The notes: generated from the sequence alone by a model not told the origin. A DNA stretch of 41,472 nt from Deltaproteobacteria bacterium (GCA_024639555.1 JAHEID010000002.1:1-41472), one strand, 5' to 3'; shown: positions 20,109-28,531, numbered from the stretch's first letter. Numbers and translations are program-made.

Positions 20109-20957
20109 ATGAAAACATATAAATCCAAATTTATTCAACAATCGGAAATTGTTCAGCTTTTCATTCTGGATGAGATCTATTCCCTTCCAGTCTCGAAAAA
20201 ACTACTTTTTCAGGGAGGCACCTGCCTGCGGTGGATGTATGGGGGCACCAGATATTCAGAAGATCTCGATTTTCTCGGGCATCGTATCAAACCGCAGGAA
20301 GTTCGGGATTTACTTTCTTCTCTCGAAAAAAAGCTCAAAAAAAAGGTTGTTGTCCAATTTGGTCCAGGAGAGTTTGAGTTGATCGAGAAAAAAAGTTCTC
20401 AATTCCTGAACACTTTTCATGTGAAATACCGCCGCGACAATGAACGAACCAAAGCAATAATCAAGGTTGAGATTCAGCAGGCAGAGTGGAATGACGCCAA
20501 TCGGCAGGTTCTTCGCCAGGTTCCTGAAGTCAACCGCTTCCTCCAGGAAGTAAATATTCTTGTTCCTTTTGGGAAAAGTATTATCGTGTGCGCGCCTGCA
20601 ATGGAAATCCTGGCCGAAAAAATTAAATCCCTCTTGGAAAGATCATATCTCAAGGGAAGAGACTTTTACGATATCTGGCTCCTTACACAGACCCTCAGAT
20701 TGAAAGTATCTCCCGACCTTGTCATCGAGCGGACCAAGGCCTATCCGGGAGATTTTTCATCAAAAAGAAGTTTGCTTGACTTCTTGAAAAATTCGACAAG
20801 GGATGAAGTTAAAGAATCATTGTCTGAGTTGAGGCGATTCCTCCCTGCAGGTGAATATTCATTACACCATGAGCAGGATTACAGAGATATTCTCGATGCA
20901 GTTGAAGAGGCAGTGCGGGAACTGCTTGAAGAAGGGCTTCATGAAACAATTATCTGA
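20109..20957 (+). CDS. Nucleotidyltransferase AbiEii/DUF1814-family protein (type IV toxin-antitoxin / abortive-infection toxin-like)
   Basis: LLFQGGTCL, catalytic YSEDLDF and C-terminal KGRDFYDIW motifs typical of AbiEii. The start could be ATG 20082 or 20109. A/T-rich gene. Confidence 0.8.
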   Translation: MKTYKSKFIQQSEIVQLFILDEIYSLPVSKKLLFQGGTCLRWMYGGTRYSEDLDFLGHRIKPQEVRDLLSSLEKKLKKKVVVQFGPGEFELIEKKSSQFLNTFHVKYRRDNERTKAIIKVEIQQAEWNDANRQVLRQVPEVNRFLQEVNILVPFGKSIIVCAPAMEILAEKIKSLLERSYLKGRDFYDIWLLTQTLRLKVSPDLVIERTKAYPGDFSSKRSLLDFLKNSTRDEVKESLSELRRFLPAGEYSLHHEQDYRDILDAVEEAVRELLEEGLHETII

Positions 20958-21546
20958 ACCTGGACATGGAAAAAAGGTGCGGGTGGAGAGGATTCTTGAC
21001 AAACTTCCGGAGGTTTTTGGAACTCGAGAAACGGAAAAATTCGTTAATCATTCTGCCCAGTGGTCTTCGAGGGCTGTTGTGGCAGGTTATATTGTGAGGC
21101 TGCAGCGCGGTGTCTATTGGAACAGATACCGGTATCCGGACCTTTCGCTACCGTTTATTGCCTGCCAGGTGAAAGCGGCCCCCTGTTATATCTCCTGTGA
21201 ATGGGCACTCCACTCGCATGGAGTACTCCTGCAGAGACCATTTGTTTGTACGGTTATTACACTCAGCACAGCTGTGGGAGCAGAGAGACGAATTGAAATA
21301 ATGGGAGAGTCCATAGAGTTTTCCCATATTGCGGAAAAGCTTTTCTGGGGATACGAACCCGTTGACGGGTATTTCCTGGCCGGTCCTGAAAAGGCATATC
21401 TGGATACTCTTTATTACGGAAGAGATCCGGAAAAGTGGGGGGAACTGGATATAGATATGTTTGAACCCCATCGACTACTGAAAATGGCAAAAAAATTTCC
21501 TCAACGTATTCAAGAAAAAATAGTTATGGTCCTTCACTCCAATTAA
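20941..21546 (+). CDS. AbiEi-like antitoxin/transcriptional regulator (wHTH plus C-terminal AbiEi domain)
   Basis: RLQRGVYW, YISCEWALHSHGVL and AGPEKAYLDTLYY match recalled AbiEi family motifs. ATG at 20941 overlaps the upstream stop by 17 nt. Confidence 0.6.
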   Translation: MKQLSEPGHGKKVRVERILDKLPEVFGTRETEKFVNHSAQWSSRAVVAGYIVRLQRGVYWNRYRYPDLSLPFIACQVKAAPCYISCEWALHSHGVLLQRPFVCTVITLSTAVGAERRIEIMGESIEFSHIAEKLFWGYEPVDGYFLAGPEKAYLDTLYYGRDPEKWGELDIDMFEPHRLLKMAKKFPQRIQEKIVMVLHSN

Positions 21547-21563
21547 GTTTCAGCATTTACTTT

Positions 21564-21658
21564 ATAACCGAAGAATAAGAGGAGGAGATGTTGGTTCTAA
21601 GTGAATTTTTTAAATTGTTATAGAACCAACCTCCCCTCCTTCGTATGGTTATGTTTTT
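21564..21658 (+). terminator. Long imperfect hairpin followed by a T-run, directly after the AbiEi-like gene
   Basis: Arms are ataaccgaagaataagaggaggagatgttggttcta and tagaaccaacctcccctccttcgtatggttat (10 perfect loop-proximal bp, about 20 paired overall). The loop is 21 nt, followed by gttttt. Confidence 0.5.
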
Positions 21659-21885
21659 CAGCCTCATCCCTTTTTGATGATTAGAGGCGGCTGGAAATTT
21701 TCTTGCCCCTGAACATTACTAATTCCAGAAATAAAAAGTGAACTTTTATGTGAGGATCTGTGTGGGACTTTTGCTCCAAAAAGGACAAAATTGTGGGAAA
21801 TTGCCTAAAATAGATAAATAAACCGATCTGAATAATTCCAATATATCCTGCTAAGCAAGAGTTAGTAAAATTTGACGATTATAAT

Positions 21886-22251
21886 TCAGGCGAGGATTAC
21901 AAGAAGCCAGATTACTCCTGCATTGACAAGCGACAGAAAAACTGCTGCAGAACCCATGTCCTTGGCGCGCCCGGAAAGATCATGCTCATCAGCACCGATC
22001 CTGTCGACCGTTGCCTCGACTGCACTGTTTAAGAGCTCGACAATCAGGATAAGCAGCAAACTGCCGAGCAACAGGGCTTTTTCCAAGCCTGTTTTGCCGA
22101 AATAAAAGGCCAGGGGCGCCAAAATTACACACAGCAACAGTTCCTGGCGGAAGGCGGCTTCGTGCACAAAGGTAGCCTTCAGACCCGACATTGACCAGCC
22201 GAATGCCCGGAACAGACGCCCTATCCCCTTACCGCCTCTTTTTTCCATCAA
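21886..22251 (-). CDS. dgkA: Diacylglycerol kinase (prokaryotic membrane DgkA)
   Basis: 121 aa. EAAFRQE, ELLNSAVEATVDRIG and SGRAKDMGSAAV closely parallel E. coli DgkA. Confidence 0.93.
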   Translation of the reverse strand: MMEKRGGKGIGRLFRAFGWSMSGLKATFVHEAAFRQELLLCVILAPLAFYFGKTGLEKALLLGSLLLILIVELLNSAVEATVDRIGADEHDLSGRAKDMGSAAVFLSLVNAGVIWLLVILA

Positions 22252-22310
22252 ACTTTTCGTGTTATGAGGGTTGTGGTGTAAATCATAAAGCCGTACCTAT
22301 GGTTTTTGCA

Positions 22311-22502
22311 TTATTCCTCACTCCAAACAATGCAGTCCTCCGGGCATAGCATAATCGCTTCATCAACGTCTTTTTCCGGGTATTGTTCAAGCTCTACTAT
22401 TTCAATATAACCGGCGTCGTTATAGCGAAACACCTCCGGACAGAGCTCTACACAGCCCATGCAGAGCGAACATGCTCCAATGTCAATATCAGGTTTCTTC
22501 AT
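22311..22502 (-). CDS. Small ferredoxin (single Fe-S cluster type)
   Basis: 63 aa. CSLCMGCVELCP plus the distal LCPEDC motif. Confidence 0.85.
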   Translation of the reverse strand: MKKPDIDIGACSLCMGCVELCPEVFRYNDAGYIEIVELEQYPEKDVDEAIMLCPEDCIVWSEE

Positions 22503-22521
22503 GTCTCTTGATTCCTAGAAA

Positions 22522-22692
22522 TCAGTCATATATTATGGCGGTATAGCGTTCGAGAATTTCTTCTGTTTCTGGATCGAGCTGGTCTGCAACTTCGTGGATC
22601 TGATACTCATGCCTGCAGCCATTGCATTGCATGCGAATTCTTCTGCACATCCTTAATATTTCAAGCTTACCTTTACATTTCTTGCATTTCAT
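22522..22692 (-). CDS. 56-aa dual-CXXC zinc-ribbon-like small protein (not in the supplied ORF track)
   Basis: Hand translation of the minus strand gives MKCKKCKGKLEILRMCRRIRMQCNGCRHEYQIHEVADQLDPETEEILERYTAIIYD, with ATG at 22692 and TGA at 22522-22524. GGGAAG lies 8 nt upstream. The ORF fits exactly into the pyrE-ferredoxin gap (41 nt and 19 nt spacers). Confidence 0.65.
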   Translation of the reverse strand: MKCKKCKGKLEILRMCRRIRMQCNGCRHEYQIHEVADQLDPETEEILERYTAIIYD

Positions 22693-22733
22693 TCAACTTT
22701 CTTCCCGAAAAACTTGTGCCGGCCAAGGCTCGC

Positions 22734-23303
22734 CTATGGCGCCAGCAACTCTTCCCTGGTGAATACTGCGAGAAGCTTGTACCCTTGGGCTGCCAGGGCT
22801 TCAACACCTCCCTCCTGGCGGTCGACAACAGTGGCGACCAGACCGACCTCAAACCCCTGAGATTTCACACGCTCAATGACCTGCAAAAGAGTGCCACCGG
22901 TTGTGACCACATCTTCGAGCAAGGCCACCCGCGCTCCTTCTGCAAGGTTTCCCTTGCCTTCGATATAGTTTTCTGTACCATGGGATTTTGGCTCTTTTCT
23001 GACTATAAAGGCAGGCAAAGATGCTCCCTCCAGATAGCTTACGATTGAAACTGCAGTAACCAATGGGTCAGCACCAAGTGTCATGCCCCCTACACCTCCA
23101 ATTTTATCTTCCTGGGAGCGAATCAAATCATAGAGAAGCATACCGCAAAGATACGCACCCTCTGCATCAAGTGTTGTCTGCTTGCCGTCTATATAAAAAT
23201 CAGACTCCTTACCTGAGGTAAGTGTAATCCTGCCTTCGCGGTATGATTTTTTAAGCAGGAGCTCTTTGAGCCTCTGCCGCATCTGTATCAGGTCCTTAGA
23301 CAT
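22734..23303 (-). CDS. pyrE: Orotate phosphoribosyltransferase
   Basis: LTSGKESDFYIDGK and the PRPP-binding loop LLEDVVTTGGT. 189 aa. Confidence 0.92.
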   Translation of the reverse strand: MSKDLIQMRQRLKELLLKKSYREGRITLTSGKESDFYIDGKQTTLDAEGAYLCGMLLYDLIRSQEDKIGGVGGMTLGADPLVTAVSIVSYLEGASLPAFIVRKEPKSHGTENYIEGKGNLAEGARVALLEDVVTTGGTLLQVIERVKSQGFEVGLVATVVDRQEGGVEALAAQGYKLLAVFTREELLAP

Positions 23304-23691
23304 AAATGAGTTCCTTTTGTTTTATAAACTTGGCTGTGTCTTTTTCTACAGCTGAAGCAAACGCTTTGCTTGTCGCAGAGGTCAACAATTCCTGTTATCC
23401 AATGATTTTTTCCGCATAAAATGGTAAACAATTACAACCTTTTTGGCAGCGAGAAAAGAAAAAACTCGCAATAGGGCTCTTTGTCCTGTAGATTTATTTA
23501 AAAATTTTATACAGTTACCCCTTTTAACAAACACGATAGCCTTACGAAATATACATGCACAGACTAACACCAACAGCAAGCAGTATCTGGTTATGAACCT
23601 GATAGTAATAATAAAGACTCTGTCTTGTTTTTCTGTGAATTTCTAATGTAAGCCTTAAAACTATATTAATCATCATTATTTTGGGAAAAAT

Positions 23692-25542
23692 ATGTGCGGC
23701 ATAGTTGGCTATATAGGTACAAGAAAAGTTGTCCCCATCCTCCTGGAAGGACTTAAACGCCTTGAGTACAGAGGATACGACTCCGCAGGCCTGGTCTATT
23801 TTCGAAACAGCCGGTTGATAAAGCACCGGGCCCAGGGAAAACTCAGCAACCTGGGAAAAATTGTTGAAAAGGTGCTGGGCGTTGAAAGCCATGTTGGGCT
23901 TGGTCATACACGCTGGGCTACCCATGGAGCCCCGACCACTGCAAATGCCCACCCCCATGGTGATTGCAAAGATAACCTGGTGGTGGTGCATAACGGCATT
24001 ATTGAGAACTACCAGAACCTGAGGACAGAACTCAAAAAAAAGGGGCACATATTCCGCTCGGAAACAGATACAGAGGTTTTAGCCCACCTCATTGAGGAAT
24101 ATCTTGACAAGGATCTTGTGCGGGCTGTGAGAAAGGCCCTTAAAAGGGTCAAGGGCTCATTTGCAGTTGGTATACTCTGGAACGGCCGGCCGGATATCAT
24201 GGTGGCTGCCAGAAATCATAGCCCGCTCGTCCTTGGTATCAACAACGGCGACGGCACCCTCTTGGCCTCTGATGTTCCCGCCCTTCTGCCTTACACCAGA
24301 AAGGTTGTTTATCTTGAGGATAAAGAGATCGCTGTTCTTGCTTCAGATAAGTGGGAGGTGAGAAACCTCGATAACGGCCGCAAGATCAATAAGCAGGTGC
24401 AAACCATTACCTGGAATGCCGGCATGGCTGAAAAAGCCGGATTCAAGCACTTTATGCTCAAGGAAATATACGAGCAGCCCCAGGCCCTGATTAACACCCT
24501 GCGCGGCAGGATTGAGCCACAAAGCGGCAGAGTAGAACTGCCCGAACTGAAGAAGCTGGCAACAGTACTTAATAACATTGAACGCATTGCCCTTGTTGCC
24601 TGCGGCACTTCATGGCATGCGGCTCTGGTGGCCAAGTATTGGCTTGAGGACTGGGTTGGCATCCCGGTCGAGGTTGATATTGCATCAGAATTCCGCTACC
24701 GCAAGCTGCTTTTGCATAAAAACGTCCTCACCCTTTCCATCTCCCAATCCGGCGAAACCGCAGATACCCTGGCAGGGATACGGCTCGCTTCTCAACTCGG
24801 CTCCCGGGTTATTACCATATGCAATGTTGTGGGCAGCACCATGACCAGGGAGGCCGATGCTACACTTTATACCCATGCCGGCCCGGAGATCGGGGTTGCC
24901 TCGACCAAGGCATTTACCAGCCAGCTGGCGGCACTTTTTCTTTTTGCATCCTATCTGGGCCAGATGAGGAAAACTTTGTCCGCACATAAAGTCAGGCAGC
25001 TTGGCCAGGCCATTATCGGACTTCCTCCGCTCCTGGAAGAACATCTTCCGGCCCTGCAGGAAAAGATAAAAACTGTTGCAGAACGCTTTTACGACAGCCG
25101 CAATTTCCTCTTTGTCGGCAGGGGGCTGAACTTTCCCATCGCCCTGGAAGGTGCATTAAAACTGAAGGAAATCTCGTATATCCATGCCGAGGGCTATGCT
25201 GCCGGAGAACTGAAACACGGCCCCATCGCACTCATTGACAAGGATATGCCAATCCTTGGCCTGGTCCCCAGGGACAATGTCTACGAAAAATCCATTTCCA
25301 ATATAGAGGAAATCAGGGCCAGGCAGGGGCAGCTCATTCTTATCGGCTCCAAGGGTGACAGGCAGTTGAAAAAAATTACCGATCATGTGTTGTATATGCC
25401 CAAAACACCAACCATGGTACCGGAGCTGAACCCCATTCTTTTCACCATACCGGCCCAGCTGCTGGCCTATGAAATCGCCGCCCTGCGCGGCTGTGATGTC
25501 GATCAGCCAAGGAACCTGGCAAAAAGCGTCACTGTGGAATAA
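23692..25542 (+). CDS. glmS: Glutamine--fructose-6-phosphate aminotransferase
   Basis: MCGIVGY N-terminal nucleophile, two SIS domains, C-terminal AKSVTVE. 616 aa. Confidence 0.97.
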   Translation: MCGIVGYIGTRKVVPILLEGLKRLEYRGYDSAGLVYFRNSRLIKHRAQGKLSNLGKIVEKVLGVESHVGLGHTRWATHGAPTTANAHPHGDCKDNLVVVHNGIIENYQNLRTELKKKGHIFRSETDTEVLAHLIEEYLDKDLVRAVRKALKRVKGSFAVGILWNGRPDIMVAARNHSPLVLGINNGDGTLLASDVPALLPYTRKVVYLEDKEIAVLASDKWEVRNLDNGRKINKQVQTITWNAGMAEKAGFKHFMLKEIYEQPQALINTLRGRIEPQSGRVELPELKKLATVLNNIERIALVACGTSWHAALVAKYWLEDWVGIPVEVDIASEFRYRKLLLHKNVLTLSISQSGETADTLAGIRLASQLGSRVITICNVVGSTMTREADATLYTHAGPEIGVASTKAFTSQLAALFLFASYLGQMRKTLSAHKVRQLGQAIIGLPPLLEEHLPALQEKIKTVAERFYDSRNFLFVGRGLNFPIALEGALKLKEISYIHAEGYAAGELKHGPIALIDKDMPILGLVPRDNVYEKSISNIEEIRARQGQLILIGSKGDRQLKKITDHVLYMPKTPTMVPELNPILFTIPAQLLAYEIAALRGCDVDQPRNLAKSVTVE

Positions 25543-25614
25543 TCCTGAAAAATGCGCGCTGATTTGTGATGCTGTGAAAATAATTATAGAGGCTCTTAAG
25601 AATTACCAGGTTTA

Positions 25615-25773
25615 GGTGATTTCCGGCGCCGGGTGAACAATATACTCAATTCTACAGGCAGCTCCGCTACATTACGAAACTCGTCGCCTAGGGCGACTCA
25701 AACAGGTCGTAATGTTATACACTCCGCTACTCTTTGAATTGTACATAAATTGTTCAAAAACACGTCAATCACC
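25615..25773. repeat. 159-bp nested palindromic element
   Basis: Matched arm segments are ggtgatt/aatcacc, tgaacaat/attgttca, caattc/gaattg and acattacga/tcgtaatgt, around a central tcgcc-tag-ggcga hairpin. A directly repeated ctccgctac sits in each arm, and ccggcgccgg is a perfect palindrome at 25623-25632. Confidence 0.7.
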
Positions 25774-25865
25774 TTCCAACATGCTTATGAATGATTATAG
25801 AACTGAAAATAGTTTAGGGCAGCCATCATTATTTTTTTCCATTTCCATTAAACATTGAGGCAATT

Positions 25866-27191
25866 ATGACGCCAGAACTGAATAAGCTTAAGGACAAAAT
25901 CACGCAGAAAGAATTTCTCTTGGGGATTATCGGCCTGGGATATGTCGGCCTGCCCTTGAGCCTTACCTTTTTACGAAAAGATATTGCTGTCCTCGGCTTT
26001 GATCTTGACGTCAAAAAAATCGACATGCTCCATACCGGAGTCAGTTATATCAAACATATCTCTTCGGAGAAACTGACCGGTTTTGTGCAGAAGGGCAAAT
26101 TAGCTGCCACTGCTGATTTCTCCCGGCTCAATGAACCCGATGTTCTGCTTATATGTGTTCCGACCCCTTTAACCCAGAACAGGGAGCCGGATATGCATTA
26201 TATTGAAAATACGGGCCATTCGATTGCCAAAGTCCTGCGGCCCGGACAGATGATCATCCTTGAATCAACCACCTATCCGGGGACCACTGTTGAACTGCTG
26301 CTCCCCATCCTTGAAAATTCAGGGCTTGCAGCAGGAAAAGATTTTGCCCTCGCCTATTCCCCGGAACGTGAAGATCCCGGCAATCCTAAATACAGTACTG
26401 CTGATATCCCTAAAGTTGTGGGCGGCATCAATGACGCGTCCACTCTTCTTGCCGCAGATTTTTATAAGACCGCCCTGCACTCTGTGGTAGAGGTTTCCTC
26501 CACCCAGACCGCAGAAATGTCCAAGCTCCTGGAAAACATCTTCCGCTCAGTCAATATAGCCCTGGTAAATGAACTGAAGATCCTAAGCCATCGTATGGGC
26601 ATTGATGTCTGGGAGGTGATCAGGGCTTCGAGCACCAAACCCTTCGGCTATATGCCCTTTTATCCCGGCCCCGGGCTTGGCGGGCACTGCATCCCCATTG
26701 ATCCATTCTATCTTACATCCAAGGCGCGGGAGTATGATTTCCCCACCAAATTCATTGAACTGGCAGGTGAGGTCAATACGGCAATGCCGTACTATGTGAT
26801 CCAGCGGGTTATGGAAGCCCTGAACAGCAGAAAAAAATCAATCAACGGCTCCCGGATTCTTTTGCTTGGCATGGCCTATAAAAAAGATATTGATGACCCG
26901 AGGGAATCTCCTTCATTCAAACTGTTGGAACTCCTGCAGGAAAAAGGCGCTGAAGTGCACTATAATGACCCGCACATACCAGTGTTCCCTCAGATGCGGA
27001 AATACTCCTTTAACCTTAAGAGTACTGATATTACCGCAGAAACATTATCATCCATGGACTGTATCCTGCTGGCAACGGATCATTCCGCCTATGACTACCG
27101 GTTCATCCTTGACCATGCAGACCTGATAGTTGACACCCGCAATGCGTTCAACGGCTTAAAAGACAGTAGCGAAAAGGTCGTACAGGCATAA
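25866..27191 (+). CDS. Nucleotide-sugar dehydrogenase, WbpA/TviB-like (probable UDP-N-acetyl-D-glucosamine 6-dehydrogenase)
   Basis: GLGYVGLP Rossmann motif, ESTTYPGTT, catalytic GGHCIPIDP. 441 aa. Substrate assignment rests on recalled similarity to WbpA only. Confidence 0.75.
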   Translation: MTPELNKLKDKITQKEFLLGIIGLGYVGLPLSLTFLRKDIAVLGFDLDVKKIDMLHTGVSYIKHISSEKLTGFVQKGKLAATADFSRLNEPDVLLICVPTPLTQNREPDMHYIENTGHSIAKVLRPGQMIILESTTYPGTTVELLLPILENSGLAAGKDFALAYSPEREDPGNPKYSTADIPKVVGGINDASTLLAADFYKTALHSVVEVSSTQTAEMSKLLENIFRSVNIALVNELKILSHRMGIDVWEVIRASSTKPFGYMPFYPGPGLGGHCIPIDPFYLTSKAREYDFPTKFIELAGEVNTAMPYYVIQRVMEALNSRKKSINGSRILLLGMAYKKDIDDPRESPSFKLLELLQEKGAEVHYNDPHIPVFPQMRKYSFNLKSTDITAETLSSMDCILLATDHSAYDYRFILDHADLIVDTRNAFNGLKDSSEKVVQA

Positions 27192-27196
27192 CCAGT

Positions 27197-27261
27197 AACC
27201 TCAACTCGTGAACCATTCGGGTTAATCCGGCAAACCTCAACTCTTGAATTATCAGGGTTAA
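27197..27261. repeat. Two 29-nt imperfect direct repeats (24/29 identical), 36-nt register
   Basis: aacctcaactcgtgaaccattcgggttaa (27197-27225) and aacctcaactcttgaattatcagggttaa (27233-27261). Both lie in the 95-nt spacer upstream of the DUF1343 gene. Confidence 0.7.
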
Positions 27262-27286
27262 AGCATCAGGCTAATTCATTTTACAG

Positions 27287-28459
27287 ATGATCTCTCTTGG
27301 TATAGAACAGCTGATTTTGTCTCCGCCGCAATGGCTTTCAGGACAAAGGCTCGGACTCCTCTGCAACCAGGCGTCAACGGACAGCAAGCTTCAGCACAGC
27401 CGTGATCTGCTCCTCAAGGCTTTTCCCGACCGGCTGACCTGTCTTTTCACACCCCAGCACGGCTTCTTTTCAGAAAAACAGGACAACATGATCGAGTCAG
27501 CCCATACGCTTGATGCGGCTACGGGCCTGCCCATTTACAGCCTTTACAGCAGGGCAAGGCGCCCCACCATTGAGATGTTTGATCTATTCGATGTGCTTGT
27601 CATTGATTTATTTGACGTAGGCACCAGGGTTTATACCTTTCTCTATACCATGGCCTACTGCCTTGAAGCTGCTGTGAAATTTAACAAAAAGGTGCTGGTG
27701 CTTGACCGGCCCAATCCTGTCGGCGGAGAACTGGTGGAAGGCAACATCATTCAGGAGGATTGCTATTCATTCGTGGGGCTCTACCCCATCCCCATGCGCC
27801 ACGGCCTGACATTTGGAGAACTTGCCCTTCTACTCAACAACCATTTCAACATAGGGGCTGATCTGGAAATTATCCCCATGCAGGGCTGGCAACGCCATAT
27901 GCTTTACCACGACACAGAACTGCCATGGGTCTTCCCCTCACCAAACATGCCTTCACCTGCGACCGCCCTTGTTTATCCCGGACAGGTGCTCTGGGAAGGC
28001 ACAAATATTTCCGAAGGCCGCGGAACCTGTTTACCCTTTGAACTGTTTGGCTCCCCTTTTTTGGAGCCGGATGAAATCCTGCGCAAAATAGAAAAAAACG
28101 CCGATCTTCCCGGTTGCCTTCTACGGCCGCTCATATTTGAGCCCACGTCCAACAAGTGGGCCGGGCAGGCCTGCAAAGGATTCCAGATCCATATTACCGC
28201 TCCGGCTGCTTTTCGCCCCTACCGCACCTCTCTGGCGCTGCTGCAGGCTGTCATGCTCCTCTACCCTGAAGCCTTTGCCTACAAAAAACCTCCCTATGAG
28301 TACGAGTATGAACGTCTGCCCATGGATCTGATTTTAGGCGACCGCCAGGTGCGTCAGGCCCTTGAACAGGGTGAAAGCGTCCTGGACTTGGAAAACTCAT
28401 GGCAGAACGACCTGCAGGCATTTGAAAAATTGCGCCAGGAAGTATTTCTTTACAACTGA
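27287..28459 (+). CDS. DUF1343 family protein (NamZ-like exo-beta-N-acetylmuramidase family)
   Basis: 390 aa. The N-terminus runs directly into GQRLGLLCNQAS, the family's start motif as I recall it. No signal peptide or lipobox is visible. Confidence 0.65.
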   Translation: MISLGIEQLILSPPQWLSGQRLGLLCNQASTDSKLQHSRDLLLKAFPDRLTCLFTPQHGFFSEKQDNMIESAHTLDAATGLPIYSLYSRARRPTIEMFDLFDVLVIDLFDVGTRVYTFLYTMAYCLEAAVKFNKKVLVLDRPNPVGGELVEGNIIQEDCYSFVGLYPIPMRHGLTFGELALLLNNHFNIGADLEIIPMQGWQRHMLYHDTELPWVFPSPNMPSPATALVYPGQVLWEGTNISEGRGTCLPFELFGSPFLEPDEILRKIEKNADLPGCLLRPLIFEPTSNKWAGQACKGFQIHITAPAAFRPYRTSLALLQAVMLLYPEAFAYKKPPYEYEYERLPMDLILGDRQVRQALEQGESVLDLENSWQNDLQAFEKLRQEVFLYN

Positions 28460-28531
28460 CCCCTTTACTTGCTCTACATAACAAGGTATTTTTCTTTTTT
28501 CCGAGTGCAGACAAGTTGATAAATTATTTTC

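Noticed and set aside
20851-20940. Upstream extension of the AbiEi-like ORF (tracked start 20851), overlapping 107 nt of the AbiEii gene.
   Set aside because: The extension has no similarity to AbiEi N-termini. ATG 20941, preceded by a purine-rich tract, gives a sensible wHTH N-terminus. The long overlap is unlikely.
23304-23691. Possible glmS ribozyme/riboswitch, or small genes (ORFs 23382-23579 and 23443-23646), in the 388-nt region upstream of glmS.
   Set aside because: I could not find the conserved glmS ribozyme core, and the region is simply A/T-rich divergent promoter DNA. The ORFs have no RBS and implausible composition. The ribozyme is not expected in this type of organism.
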